Source: an uncultured Bdellovibrio sp.
GTDB lineage: Bacteria; Bdellovibrionota; Bdellovibrionia; Bdellovibrionales; Bdellovibrionaceae
Length of the DNA stretch: 64,000 nt
NCBI GenBank assembly: GCA_963932905.1
Contig: CAWVRN010000005.1
Location: forward strand, 32,001-96,000
Direction of reading: 5' to 3'
Shown here in pieces: positions 19,937 to 30,113 of this stretch. Both the position numbers and the translations under genes were made by a program. The notes beneath the pieces are model-generated. The model was not told the DNA's origin. It saw nothing but the letters and a program-made list of their open reading frames with translations, and searched no databases. How positions within the stretch are numbered: position 1 is the stretch's first letter; each line of letters opens with the position of its first letter.

Positions 19937-21904
19937 CTATCCCCTTTTTAGAATCTTACGAATTTCCGACAAAGAACGTTTCGATTCTGGCACACCCAGA
20001 GTTTGGCGGTATGAAAGATTAATCCAAATCGAAAACGCCTTTTCCAGTTCCGGCAGAAACGAACGGTAGTTTTCAGGTAATTGAGCGGCAATACGATTTT
20101 TCCAATGCACTGGTCCTTCAGTGTCTTTCTTTTGTAGTTCGAAGCGTGCCGCCCATTTATTGATTTCTTCAAAGCAGAGCTCGGAGAAGTTTTTCTTAAT
20201 ACCTCGGCGTTGGAATAAATTAATTGCTACTGAAATCAAGAATAAGAACACCAGGATAATGATCAAACCATTTCCTAGCGATAGATTTAAGCTTTTTAAA
20301 ATATCTTTTTGTTTGTCGAAATCGTATTCAAGAAGTAGCGTACTCCAGCGATAATTCACGTTATCAAACCACATGGAAAATTTTGAAAACACGTCGCCGC
20401 CGCGAAGTTTATTTTTGATTTCTTCCTCTGTCAGCAGGTCGTTGACGATCGAGTCATACATATTGAAGCCAAGTTCAATTCGTTGAGGAGCAACCACTGT
20501 GACGGGATCGACCATCACCCAACGGTTTTGTGAATTTACGTATTCTACCCACGCATGCGCATCTTTTTGCCGAACTGTCCAAAAACCCCCGACGGGATTG
20601 AATTCCCCGCCGTGGTAACCAACGATCACTCGCGCAGGAACGCCGCTGAGGCGAAACAACAGCGCCATGGCTGAAGCATAGTGTTCACAATAACCCTTTT
20701 TACTTTTGAATAGGAAATCATACAGGGTCAACTGCGGTTGATCGCCAGGATTTAAAGTATAGATAAAGCGATTTTCGGCAAAATAATCCAGTAAGGACTT
20801 GCTGATAGTCTCCGGAGTGGCGCCATTTTTTTTAAACTGAGTAGCTAAATTGTTTAGCTGTGTTTTCTGCTCGTCTGTTAATCCCAATAGATCGGGTTCG
20901 ACTCTGTTTCGTTCGATAGAGGCATTGGATGCGGATCGCTTTGCTGCTGAAATAGAGGCCTGGATAAAAGCCTTTTTTTCTATAAATGTATCGAATCTAA
21001 AATTAAAGTTGGAGTCGTAATATATCGGATATCCTTCTGCTGCCATTTTGTCTGTGTTTTTAAGCGAAAAAACTTGAACTTTATAATGAGGCTCCAGAAT
21101 TAATCGGTAGTCGACTTCGACCGGCGCAGCGGAAATCCGTAAGCCGTCGTTGTCTCTTATAGCCGTCCAAGCCATTTGGTTTGGTTTTTCCAAAGTCAGT
21201 CCACTGAAGTAAAGTTCCGACAGATTAAATCGGTTATTAAAAAGTTCTAAGCGCATTACAATTTCGTTGTTTTGGCTGAGCTGCGAAATCGAGCCGGGTG
21301 AAACGCTGTCTGAAAAGCCTGACGATCCATAACGTGAGTTTGTAGGAATTTCTAGTAGAGTCTTTGTAATTCGCGGTAACAAAATAAACATCGCTGCCGC
21401 CATAGGTATCGCCAGGAGGACGACCTTCCCAAGATATCTTAATGCGAGTTGACGACTACCTTTTAACCACGCATTTGGGAAAAGATTTAGCGTTAGACTA
21501 GCGTAAATCGGAAGTGATAACAGCAGATAGGTTAGATCGTACGAGAATAAAAATTTCGAGCTGATTAAAAAAAATCCAAGCAAAACTAGGAAATCTTTTT
21601 CCGATTCATCACTGAACTCTAGTGCTTTAAGTCCCGACAAAATAATAATAAAGCTTGCTGCGGGTTCTTTTCCCATGAGCGTTCTGAAATCAAGAAGAAT
21701 GACTACTAGGGCTAGAAAGGAAAGGAAGCCGGTAACTTTTCTAGAGGGTATTGTGAAATCGAACAAATGACAAAATAATCGCCACATCCAAAAGAGTATG
21801 CCTAGGGAGAAACACCAAATAGGGACATCGGGGAATAGTAATAATGTCGAAAAGAAAATAGAGATAGCTAAACTTCGATAGTCTTTGAATAACAAATCAC
21901 TCAT
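19937..21904 (-). CDS. TgpA-like membrane transglutaminase (DUF3488 plus transglutaminase core)
   Basis: Multi-TM N-terminus, GFSDSVSPG, GYCEHYASA (Cys), AHAWVE (His), MVDP (Asp). Confidence 0.92.
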   Translation of the reverse strand: MSDLLFKDYRSLAISIFFSTLLLFPDVPIWCFSLGILFWMWRLFCHLFDFTIPSRKVTGFLSFLALVVILLDFRTLMGKEPAASFIIILSGLKALEFSDESEKDFLVLLGFFLISSKFLFSYDLTYLLLSLPIYASLTLNLFPNAWLKGSRQLALRYLGKVVLLAIPMAAAMFILLPRITKTLLEIPTNSRYGSSGFSDSVSPGSISQLSQNNEIVMRLELFNNRFNLSELYFSGLTLEKPNQMAWTAIRDNDGLRISAAPVEVDYRLILEPHYKVQVFSLKNTDKMAAEGYPIYYDSNFNFRFDTFIEKKAFIQASISAAKRSASNASIERNRVEPDLLGLTDEQKTQLNNLATQFKKNGATPETISKSLLDYFAENRFIYTLNPGDQPQLTLYDFLFKSKKGYCEHYASAMALLFRLSGVPARVIVGYHGGEFNPVGGFWTVRQKDAHAWVEYVNSQNRWVMVDPVTVVAPQRIELGFNMYDSIVNDLLTEEEIKNKLRGGDVFSKFSMWFDNVNYRWSTLLLEYDFDKQKDILKSLNLSLGNGLIIILVFLFLISVAINLFQRRGIKKNFSELCFEEINKWAARFELQKKDTEGPVHWKNRIAAQLPENYRSFLPELEKAFSIWINLSYRQTLGVPESKRSLSEIRKILKRG

Positions 21905-22893
21905 AGGACATCCTCAGCCGATATTACGCTAAGCTTTTCAAACGTTGTTTCGCATTTTTTTCTATCATCTAAAAATAGGATCTCGTCTTCGGCTGTTTTG
22001 ATTACAAAAAGCGTGTTCCATTTTTGAGCCTCGAATATCCATTTAGTAAGCTGTGTTAAACGTTTCTCGATATCTGCTCGATTGATAAAATAGTCTTTAA
22101 AATCCACATAACAAATTCGTGAACTTTCTGTCTCATATGTTTTGACATAGAGCTTGTTTTTCCGTGCAAAGACCTTCCAGTCGATTCGCTTATAATTATC
22201 ATACCGGTTGTATTCACGATGCCCAAAAAAACTGTCTGATTTTGAATCCAAATGCGCCGAAGTTAAATCAAGTTTTTTACTAAGTTCTTCTTCAGAGCTG
22301 TAGGGTGGGTCCTGTGTGCCTTCGCGCGCCGGATAAACAAAGAACTGTTCCGGCCAACTGAGGCGCTTCCAAGAGTAAAACAGATTGAAAGGGAATTTAC
22401 TGGATAAATGAATTCTTGAATAGGCGTGCCGACCCCGGGTCATTTGTGTCAATGGTAGCTCGATCGTTTTAAACGAATTTGGCGGGATTTCCGGGATCAC
22501 CGCGCTGATTTTAAAATCGGTTAGTTCTACCTGAATAAACCGTGCAAAGTATTTCGAATGATTGTTCTGTAGTGTGATTTTGATAGAACCCGTTTCGTCC
22601 TGAAAAAAGTTACGGATGAATAGTTCTGATATTTCGACGGATTTGATATTATTGTTGGTTAAGTGCATGGCTATGAATAGGATGCTGGAATAAAAGAACG
22701 CAATTAGGTAAATCAGCTGATTGGCGTAGGTGTACGCTAGCGCGATCAGCACTAAAATACCACTTCCAAAATAAAAACCAAAGCGACTGGGGATGATGTA
22801 CGGTCGTTTTTGTTTTTTAGATTTTGCGTGCGGTGTCCACCTAGACGGGAACTTTGGTGCCCTGAAGTATTTCTTCAGCCAGTTTCTTTCCAA
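21901..22893 (-). CDS. DUF58 domain protein
   Basis: YIIPSRFG, FPFNLF..W, HREY..YD...RIDWKVFAR. TTG start at 22893 with AAGGAG RBS, overlapping the moxR 3' end. Confidence 0.88.
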   Translation of the reverse strand: MERNWLKKYFRAPKFPSRWTPHAKSKKQKRPYIIPSRFGFYFGSGILVLIALAYTYANQLIYLIAFFYSSILFIAMHLTNNNIKSVEISELFIRNFFQDETGSIKITLQNNHSKYFARFIQVELTDFKISAVIPEIPPNSFKTIELPLTQMTRGRHAYSRIHLSSKFPFNLFYSWKRLSWPEQFFVYPAREGTQDPPYSSEEELSKKLDLTSAHLDSKSDSFFGHREYNRYDNYKRIDWKVFARKNKLYVKTYETESSRICYVDFKDYFINRADIEKRLTQLTKWIFEAQKWNTLFVIKTAEDEILFLDDRKKCETTFEKLSVISAEDVL

Positions 22894-23752
22894 CTTTGAC
22901 TCCTTCGGATAGACCAAGGCGGTGGCCCATCACCGCGACAAAAACTTTTTGAACATCTTCCGGAATTACGTGATCACGATCTTGAATATAAGCATAGGAT
23001 TTGGCTGCTTTAGATAGTGATAATCCACTGCGGGTCGAAAGAGGTGGATAGCTTTGATTTTTACGAGTGTAGTTAAGAAGTTCGTATATATATTCAGCAA
23101 TCAAAGGTGAAATGAAAACTTTGCGCGCATTATCTTGATGCATGATAATTTCGGCTTTAGAAATTAATGTGTTTAAATTCTTTAATGCCAAACGTGCATC
23201 TGAGCCTTGGAAGATTTTTAATTCAGAATTTTTATTTGCGTAGTTTAATTCAAATGCCATTAAGAAACGATCTAGTTGGGATTCTGGTAAGCTAAATGTG
23301 CCGACTTGTTGCTTTGGATTTTGGGTCGCAATCAAGATAAAGGGCTTTGGTAAGGCGTACGTATGCTTATCTTGGGATACTTCAAATTCTTCCATCGCTT
23401 GAAGCAGGGCACTTTGGGTTCTAGGATTGGCACGATTTAGTTCATCCGCTAAAACTAGGTGCGAAAATAAAGGTCCTTCGAAAAATTTGAATTCTTTTTT
23501 TTCGGGATCATAAATGGAATTCCCAATGATATCTGACGGCAATAAATCATTCGTAAATTGAATACGCGAAAATTTGAAATCTAAAAGTTTTGCTAGAGCC
23601 TGAACTAACGTTGTCTTGCCAACACCTGGGACATCTTCGATAAGTAGATGGCCCTCACTCAGTATGCACGTCAGGGCTAATAGGGTTTCTTCGTCTTTAT
23701 CTAGAATAACTTCGCTAGCGGATTTTACAACGTTTTGGAAAATGGATTTCAT
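22841..23752 (-). CDS. moxR: MoxR-family AAA+ ATPase
   Basis: HLLIEDVPGVGKT, RIQFTNDLLPSD, LADELNRA.PRTQSALL, ATQNP, LPESQLDRF. Confidence 0.95.
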   Translation of the reverse strand: MKSIFQNVVKSASEVILDKDEETLLALTCILSEGHLLIEDVPGVGKTTLVQALAKLLDFKFSRIQFTNDLLPSDIIGNSIYDPEKKEFKFFEGPLFSHLVLADELNRANPRTQSALLQAMEEFEVSQDKHTYALPKPFILIATQNPKQQVGTFSLPESQLDRFLMAFELNYANKNSELKIFQGSDARLALKNLNTLISKAEIIMHQDNARKVFISPLIAEYIYELLNYTRKNQSYPPLSTRSGLSLSKAAKSYAYIQDRDHVIPEDVQKVFVAVMGHRLGLSEGVKVGKKLAEEILQGTKVPV

Positions 23753-23760
23753 CCATTTAA

Positions 23761-24087
23761 TTAGACATTAAAACTACTACCACATCCACAGTTTTTTGTA
23801 GCGTTTGGATTATTAAAAACAAAACCTTTGCCGTTCAATCCGCCCGAGTAGTCTAAGGTCATGCCAATGATATAAAGGTAGCTACTGGTGTCAACTACGA
23901 CTTTGGTATTGAACTGTTCAAATACTTTGTCACCGGCTTTCATTTCAGAATCGAAATCCATTTTATAAGATAAACCAGAGCATCCGCCTTTTTTAACTTG
24001 AACGCGGAGGAAATGAGATACATCACGGTTTTCTTCAGATTTTAAATTTTCAATTCGTTTAGCAGCAGACTCTGAAATTTGAATCAT
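23761..24087 (-). CDS. iscA: HesB/IscA iron-sulfur cluster assembly protein
   Basis: GGCSGLSY and NPNATKNCGCGSSF. Confidence 0.93.
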   Translation of the reverse strand: MIQISESAAKRIENLKSEENRDVSHFLRVQVKKGGCSGLSYKMDFDSEMKAGDKVFEQFNTKVVVDTSSYLYIIGMTLDYSGGLNGKGFVFNNPNATKNCGCGSSFNV

Positions 24088-24111
24088 AATCGATGGCTCC
24101 AGTTAAGTGGC

Positions 24112-24140
24112 AGAATAACAAATCTGGACCTGGGTTTCAA
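24112..24140 (-). promoter_or_regulatory. sigma70-like promoter for iscA-moxR
   Basis: TTGAAA-N17-TATTCT on the minus strand. Confidence 0.5.
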
Positions 24141-24211
24141 CGGCTAAGTCGCTGAGGTTGACGGGAAACAAAGGCAGATTTAGGGCCATTTCCCCGCTTG
24201 AATTCAGCGGC

Positions 24212-25381
24212 TTAAGTTGGACCTATTGGTTTTAAGGATTTAAAGCGTTCTAAAGTCGTTACGATGTCTTCGGCAGTGGTGTAACGACCCACGCTGAGTC
24301 TAAGGGTGCGCGATGCCTCTTCGGGAGTTAAGCCAATACCTTTAAGCACGTGGCTGGCCGAAATTTTTCCGGTGCTACACGCAGAGCCCGTCGACACCCC
24401 GACGCCTGGAATACGTAATGATAAATCGCCACCTAAGCGTTCGGGGAACGTGATGGATAAATTGATTGGACTACGCTGTTTGATATCGGTGGGACCATTT
24501 AATTGAATATCTGGAAAAATTTGTTTCAATCCCGTAAGTAACTGTTCAAGTAATTGATGATAATGTTTTGTTTCGTGATCAAAATTCGATTGGATCATTT
24601 CACACGCTTTACCGATGCCCACAATACCAGGGACGTTAAGAGTCCCTGAGCGTTGGCCGTTCTCTTGGCCGCCACCTAAAAACAATGGATCGATATCAAC
24701 AAACGGATCTTTGCGACGTTTGAAAAGAACTCCGACACCTTTGGGTCCATATATTTTATGACCAGAAAATGAAAGTAAATCGATCGGTAGGTTTTTCAAA
24801 TTCATTGGGATTTTACCCACGGCTTGGGTTCCATCCGTGTGAAAGTAAATATGATGAGCGCGGGCTAAATTACCAATAGCCACAACGTCGTTGATTGAAC
24901 CGACTTCATTGTTAACCCACATGATAGAAATCAAACGGGTGTGAGGTTTAATTTTAGATTTGACATCTTCAACACTAACTAGACCTTGCTTATTTACGTT
25001 TAAGAAATCGACCTCAACACCCAGTTCTTGCAAGTATTTTAAACTGTTCAAGATAGAATTATGTTCGATCACGCACGAAATAATATGAATTTTCTCACCA
25101 GGTGATTTGCGTTGCAGATGATGTACTAAACCGAATAGCGCCCAGTTGTTACTTTCCGTTGCTCCGGATGTAAAGGTGATTTCTTTATTGTCGCAGCCGA
25201 TAAGATTGGCAACTTGTGATCGAGCCGTATTAACCGCTTTATCGGCGGCCCATCCCCAGGGGTGACCTTGGGACGAAGGGTTCCCGAAATCATCCTTTAA
25301 AAATGAAATCATGGCATCAAGAACTTTAGGATCCACCGGAGTGGATGAGTTATAATCTAGGTAAATCGAAGGACTAGTCAT
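24212..25381 (-). CDS. iscS: Class I cysteine desulfurase (IscS/NifS family)
   Basis: YLDYNSSTP, FTSGATESNN, SGHKIYGPKG (PLP Lys), RSGT, GSACS. Confidence 0.92.
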   Translation of the reverse strand: MTSPSIYLDYNSSTPVDPKVLDAMISFLKDDFGNPSSQGHPWGWAADKAVNTARSQVANLIGCDNKEITFTSGATESNNWALFGLVHHLQRKSPGEKIHIISCVIEHNSILNSLKYLQELGVEVDFLNVNKQGLVSVEDVKSKIKPHTRLISIMWVNNEVGSINDVVAIGNLARAHHIYFHTDGTQAVGKIPMNLKNLPIDLLSFSGHKIYGPKGVGVLFKRRKDPFVDIDPLFLGGGQENGQRSGTLNVPGIVGIGKACEMIQSNFDHETKHYHQLLEQLLTGLKQIFPDIQLNGPTDIKQRSPINLSITFPERLGGDLSLRIPGVGVSTGSACSTGKISASHVLKGIGLTPEEASRTLRLSVGRYTTAEDIVTTLERFKSLKPIGPT

Positions 25382-25431
25382 ACTTGTCCATTATAGAGTC
25401 TTCCCGTAAAATTCATAGTGAAAAGGATCAA

Positions 25432-27606
25432 ATGACACGAGTAAAAATTCAGACACGACTTAGAATTCCGCCCCAATATACAGAATCTAGACCGGCCGAA
25501 AGTTTTTTCAAATGGAAGAAATTTGATAGCGAGATTTTGGATAGCGAACAAAAGTCATTTTTTAAGCGCACTAATTTGGAGTTTCCTGATTTTTGGTCTT
25601 CGTTCTCTATTGATATCACAGCCAGCAAATATTTTAGAACTGTGAACGGTAAGCAAGAATCCTCTCTGAAGCAGCTGGTAGAACGTGTAACAAAAAAATT
25701 AAAATCAGAATCAGTTAAGCAAGGTTATCTAGATGCTAAAAACGCGCGTATTTTTGAGAACGAATTGAAATATATTCTATATAGTCAGCGCGCGGCTTTT
25801 AATAGTCCCGTTTGGTTTAACTTGGGAGTTTTTAAACAACCACAAACGTCAGCGTGTTTTATTCAAAGTGCGGGGGATTCGCTAGAAGAAATTTTTGATT
25901 TGCTGAAAAACGAGAGTCAGATATTTAAATATGGCTCCGGTTCCGGAAGTAATTTTTCTAATTTACGCAGCTATCACGAAAAATTGGATACCGGTGGGTA
26001 TTCGTCCGGATTGCTGGCGTTTCTAAATGTATTCGATACCGCGGCTGGTGCGATCAAATCAGGTGGCATCACTCGTCGTGCTGCTAAGATGGTCATTTTG
26101 GACGTTGATCATCCCGAGATAGAGGACTTTATCAATTTAAAATCTCATGAGGAAGATAAAGCAGAAGCCTTGCAGAAAGCAGGGTTTAACGCGGACTTCG
26201 AGGGTGAAATTTTAGCATCTTTAAAAGGCCAAAACGCTAACAATTCAGTGCGCGTGACAGACGAGTTCATGAGGGCCGTCGAGCAAAACAAAAAGTGGGC
26301 GTTGCGCGCAAGAAAAAATAAGGCCGTTATTAAGACTGTCGCCGCTAAAGAGCTATGGCAGAGTATCGCCAAAGCCGCCCATCGCTGCGCGGATCCTGGC
26401 CTGCAGTTTCACGATACAATCAACAAATGGAATCCCTGCGCAGAATCGGATCAAATCTATGGATCTAATCCTTGTTCGGAATTTATGTTTTTGAATGATA
26501 CTAGTTGTAATTTGGCGTCGATAAACTTGATTCACTTTTTAGATAAGGAAAACAATTTCTTATTAGAGGAATTCAAGCATACGATAAAAATTATTTTTTT
26601 AGCACAAGAATTATTGATCGATTTTTCGAAATACCCGACGGCTAAAATAGAAATTAATTCACATAGCTTCCGTCCATTGGGGTTAGGATTTACTAATCTG
26701 GGGTCCTTCTTTTTAAAGCTAGGTATTGCCTATGATGGTGATGAAGCTCGCTGTTGGGCGTCGTTTATTACCTCACTGATGACGTCAGAAGCGTATATCA
26801 ATAGCCACGACTTTGCCAAGGTCCGCGGACCATTTAAACACTATGGGAAAAATAAAAGAAGTTTCACTCGTGTTATGAAACTGCATGCTAATGAAAACGA
26901 AAAAATAAATTGGAATCTTCTGCCGAAGGAATTTAAATCAGTGTGCCAGGCTAACTGGAAAAATATCGTCAAGTACGCAGCCGGTAAGGGTTTTCGTAAT
27001 GCCCAGGCGACGGTCATTGCACCGACCGGAACGATAAGTTTCTTCATGAATGCTGAAACCACAGGGATCGAACCAGAATTTTCATTTATCAAGTACAAAA
27101 ATTTAGTTACTGGCAAGAAAGATAGTGCGGGAGTTAAAATTAAATTTGTAAATCAGTGTTTCGAGCAGGCGTTGAAAACGCTAAATTATTCGGCTCAAGA
27201 AATTGAAACTATTAAAAACAAGTTACTTCACACCGGGTACCTAGATGAAAAACTTTTGAAGTCGGCGGCTCATAAAAAGGTCTTCCAAACGGCAGTAGGC
27301 AGCGATCCGATTTCATCGGAAGCCCATCTTCAAATGATGGCAGCCGTGCAGCCGTTTGTATCGGGTGCTATTTCAAAGACCATCAATTTGCCTTCAAGTA
27401 GCACAGTCGACGACGTAGCCAGAGCTTATTTAAAAGCTTGGGAACTAGGTCTAAAATCTGTCGCCATTTATCGAGATAAAAGTAAACTTGCGCAGCCATT
27501 AGAGCCTTTGGAAGGTCCTAAATGTGGCGATTGCAATAGTCCGACGGAACTGCGTGGTGGTTGTTTTGTATGTTTAAATTGCGGAACCAGTATTGCGTGC
27601 GGTTAG
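25432..27606 (+). CDS. nrdJ: Class II (B12-dependent) ribonucleotide reductase
   Basis: FNSPVWFN, SACFI, TRRAAKM, NANNSVRV, NPCSEF, SCNLAS, APTGTI, GAISKTIN, IYRD and a C-terminal CxxC...CxxC...CG. Start at ATG 25432 after AAAGGA. Confidence 0.93.
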   Translation: MTRVKIQTRLRIPPQYTESRPAESFFKWKKFDSEILDSEQKSFFKRTNLEFPDFWSSFSIDITASKYFRTVNGKQESSLKQLVERVTKKLKSESVKQGYLDAKNARIFENELKYILYSQRAAFNSPVWFNLGVFKQPQTSACFIQSAGDSLEEIFDLLKNESQIFKYGSGSGSNFSNLRSYHEKLDTGGYSSGLLAFLNVFDTAAGAIKSGGITRRAAKMVILDVDHPEIEDFINLKSHEEDKAEALQKAGFNADFEGEILASLKGQNANNSVRVTDEFMRAVEQNKKWALRARKNKAVIKTVAAKELWQSIAKAAHRCADPGLQFHDTINKWNPCAESDQIYGSNPCSEFMFLNDTSCNLASINLIHFLDKENNFLLEEFKHTIKIIFLAQELLIDFSKYPTAKIEINSHSFRPLGLGFTNLGSFFLKLGIAYDGDEARCWASFITSLMTSEAYINSHDFAKVRGPFKHYGKNKRSFTRVMKLHANENEKINWNLLPKEFKSVCQANWKNIVKYAAGKGFRNAQATVIAPTGTISFFMNAETTGIEPEFSFIKYKNLVTGKKDSAGVKIKFVNQCFEQALKTLNYSAQEIETIKNKLLHTGYLDEKLLKSAAHKKVFQTAVGSDPISSEAHLQMMAAVQPFVSGAISKTINLPSSSTVDDVARAYLKAWELGLKSVAIYRDKSKLAQPLEPLEGPKCGDCNSPTELRGGCFVCLNCGTSIACG

Positions 27607-28376
27607 TTTTCAACGTAGCGAAGAAACTGACCATTACTCAAGAAGAACATATCGACAAGTTCAGCGGGTTTCGTATAATTCAAAATTGAATTTTTAGAAC
27701 TGGGAGGATTTTCTTCTAGCTGTTTTATCTTTAGTTTTGTTAGTTCCCAAGATCCAGGCGAGGTGGGAAGATATTTTTCAAGCTCAACAGCAGCCCCTTG
27801 AAAAAGGTCGCTTTGTGCCATCTGGTAGGCATCGTGAATCACTGTCAGAGTATTAAAGTATTCAACTAAAAGTTTTCCTAGCAGCGGTCCCGATAACTTG
27901 TATCCAGTTTCTTTTAGTTTGGCGTGAATTTCTGGATAACGTGATTGCACTGCCGAGTACGGTGTCGCCACAGTTGTTTTGATCGTTAAGGTTGGAGAAA
28001 GAGCCACATCCTGGATATCTAAGCCCGAGCATACAAAACCATTTAAATTTCTATAATTTTCATTTCTATCTTTTTGCGTTAGCCACAAAAAATGAAATGT
28101 CGATTTGATATTACATTTAACTTTGCAGAAGTAGTAGGATTCTTCGGATGTGTTTGAAAGCGTAGCTAGGTAATCGGCTCCAATTTCAGAGATCGTTTTT
28201 TTATTGGCGCTTTCTCTTTTTAGATCTGACAGATATACCTTCGAATCCACGACCGTGTGGCATTCGCCTTCGGTTAGGGTCGGCTCGATTAAGCGTTTAG
28301 TGTCCAAAACCTGTGCCTTCGAAGCGAGTGAAACAAGCATCGATGAAATGGAAATAAGGTAGTATACAGTTTTCAT
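27603..28376 (-). CDS. Secreted hypothetical protein with four N-terminal-half Cys
   Basis: Signal-like N-terminus after AAGGGA RBS; no family recognised. Confidence 0.7.
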   Translation of the reverse strand: MKTVYYLISISSMLVSLASKAQVLDTKRLIEPTLTEGECHTVVDSKVYLSDLKRESANKKTISEIGADYLATLSNTSEESYYFCKVKCNIKSTFHFLWLTQKDRNENYRNLNGFVCSGLDIQDVALSPTLTIKTTVATPYSAVQSRYPEIHAKLKETGYKLSGPLLGKLLVEYFNTLTVIHDAYQMAQSDLFQGAAVELEKYLPTSPGSWELTKLKIKQLEENPPSSKNSILNYTKPAELVDMFFLSNGQFLRYVEN

Positions 28377-28481
28377 TGATCCCTTATAACCTAAAACTAA
28401 CACCGTTATAATGTCATCGGGGCGACAGGTGGAATTTACAATTCAGGTGACTGGTTGGGGTCTGAATTCATCTATATCCAG

Positions 28482-29246
28482 TTAGGATTTAATAATCTTA
28501 ACGAATTCGGCGATAACTTGGATTTCGTCATCGGACGCTCCCATTAAAATTATAGGCGAAAACTTTGGATTTTCTGATACCAAATGAATAATTGACACAT
28601 CGTCATCCTCGGACAATCTGGCTGGTGTTTGTCGAACATACTTTTTAAGGACATAGGATTCACCCGTTTCTGAATTTTTTAATCCACGGGCCTGAATTAA
28701 AAAAATATGCCCTTGTCGGCTACCTCCGGTGTAACGTTTAAATAGGCAAAGATCTCCGTCATTTATTTTTGGTTGCATCGATTCACCTCGTACAAACGCG
28801 GCAAAGTAATCATCATTATCTGCCTTAAGTGATGCATCCACCCATCCTATAGGTACTACGTCGTCGGCCGGATTGGGGCTGCTAAAATGTCCTGCCGCTA
28901 CTTTTAATGGATAAAGAGGAACATGGCGCGAGGGGCGTTTTACACCTTCCTCATAAGGTATAATGCGCGGGTCCTTATAAATAGAATGCTCCGGATTGTC
29001 TTTCATAAAAGCGAAAAGGTCGACAAGAGAACATCCAAGGACTTCGGCATAGCGAAGTAGAACTAATACCTGCGAATCACTTAGGCCGCGCTCTAAACGA
29101 TCGATAGTTCCCGGCGATAACTTATCGCTTTCCTTTGCCATCCGGTCAATGGAGAGTCCCTTTTGTTTGCGAAGTTGACGACAATACCGCCCTAAAGACT
29201 TTAGAAATAGATCATTCTTGTATCGATTTGTTTTTGGTTTCCCCAT
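28482..29246 (-). CDS. XRE HTH plus peptidase S24 (LexA/CI-like) repressor
   Basis: LRKQKGLSIDRMA...TIDRLERG HTH; VAAG cleavage site; GESMQP (Ser); VLKKY (Lys). Confidence 0.88.
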   Translation of the reverse strand: MGKPKTNRYKNDLFLKSLGRYCRQLRKQKGLSIDRMAKESDKLSPGTIDRLERGLSDSQVLVLLRYAEVLGCSLVDLFAFMKDNPEHSIYKDPRIIPYEEGVKRPSRHVPLYPLKVAAGHFSSPNPADDVVPIGWVDASLKADNDDYFAAFVRGESMQPKINDGDLCLFKRYTGGSRQGHIFLIQARGLKNSETGESYVLKKYVRQTPARLSEDDDVSIIHLVSENPKFSPIILMGASDDEIQVIAEFVKIIKS

Positions 29247-29269
29247 AGCTCAGCGTAAACTATTTCTCG

Positions 29270-29300
29270 TTGACTTTTATACCTTATAAGGTATAAAAGT
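29270..29300. promoter_or_regulatory. 28-bp perfect palindromic operator overlapping a sigma70-like promoter
   Basis: ACTTTTATACCTTATAAGGTATAAAAGT (29273-29300) is its own reverse complement. TTGACT(29270)-N16-TATAAA on the + strand. Confidence 0.75.
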
Positions 29301-29402
29301 GCGGGTGTTTTAGGAATTCACGGGGTAACCCCATTTTTTCCGCAATATTGGAAATCCGTCTCGGATGTTGGAATGGCCTCAACAGGAGAGTAAGGAAGTA
29401 AG

Positions 29403-29714
29403 ATGATTGGTTTAATTATGGATGTTGAACTGAAAATTAAAGATATTTTAAAAGAATTAATGAAAAAACAAGGGGAAACATTGCTGTCTGTTTCTCAGGG
29501 TACCGGAGTCCCCAAATCGACTATCGCTGATTGGATGACCAATCGTACTCCAAATCCAATTCAAGCGGCCAAGATTGCAAAATACTTCGGTGTCAGTTTA
29601 CATTTCCTACTTTTTGGATGTGAAGATCCTCAAGACTCAGAAAAAAAAATATCTTTTGGAAGTATTTTCGACGGCCGCTTTGAAATTGACATCCGGCGAA
29701 TCAAACAAAAATGA
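29403..29714 (+). CDS. XRE-family HTH regulator
   Basis: LKELMKK...SVSQGTGVPKSTIADW...KIAKYFGVSLHFLLFG. Confidence 0.85.
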   Translation: MIGLIMDVELKIKDILKELMKKQGETLLSVSQGTGVPKSTIADWMTNRTPNPIQAAKIAKYFGVSLHFLLFGCEDPQDSEKKISFGSIFDGRFEIDIRRIKQK

Positions 29715-30094
29715 ACAAAGGGGAGGGAGGCATGACCGCCAAAATCTTAGTTGTGGACGATGACCCAGGTGTCGTGGAGTTGCTTGCGGAGAATTTTGAA
29801 AATTGTTTTGCAGGGGTTGAGCTAATAACGGCGTCCTCGGGATACAATGCTATTAAAATTCTGCAAAATAACCGCAATATTGAAATTGTCATTTCTGACT
29901 ATAATATGCCCGACGGAACCGGGTTGGATTTACTTAATTACCTTGTCCAATCTAAACATGCCATTTTCGTCATTGTTCACACGTCAGACTTGAACCCGAT
30001 CTTACCTGATCAAATTGGAGAATTTTTTTTGGGAGTTGTGCCGAAACTGGATTTCGATAAGTTAAATATGATCTTGGCCAAATTATTTATATAA
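29711..30094 (+). CDS. Stand-alone response regulator receiver domain
   Basis: ILVVDDD, VISDYNMPDGTG, HTS, PK; ATGA overlap with the XRE gene. Confidence 0.85.
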   Translation: MNKGEGGMTAKILVVDDDPGVVELLAENFENCFAGVELITASSGYNAIKILQNNRNIEIVISDYNMPDGTGLDLLNYLVQSKHAIFVIVHTSDLNPILPDQIGEFFLGVVPKLDFDKLNMILAKLFI

Positions 30095-30113
30095 AAATGA
30101 ATGTGCGTTGCGT

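Noticed and set aside
19937..23752. moxR-DUF58-transglutaminase as a novel system
   Set aside because: This is a well-known, widespread gene triad.
29322..29339. GGGG-TAA-CCCC followed by a T-run as an attenuator
   Set aside because: A 4-bp stem is too weak to call without transcript data.
27603..30094. Prophage call
   Set aside because: Only regulators are present; there is no integrase, att repeat, terminase or structural gene.
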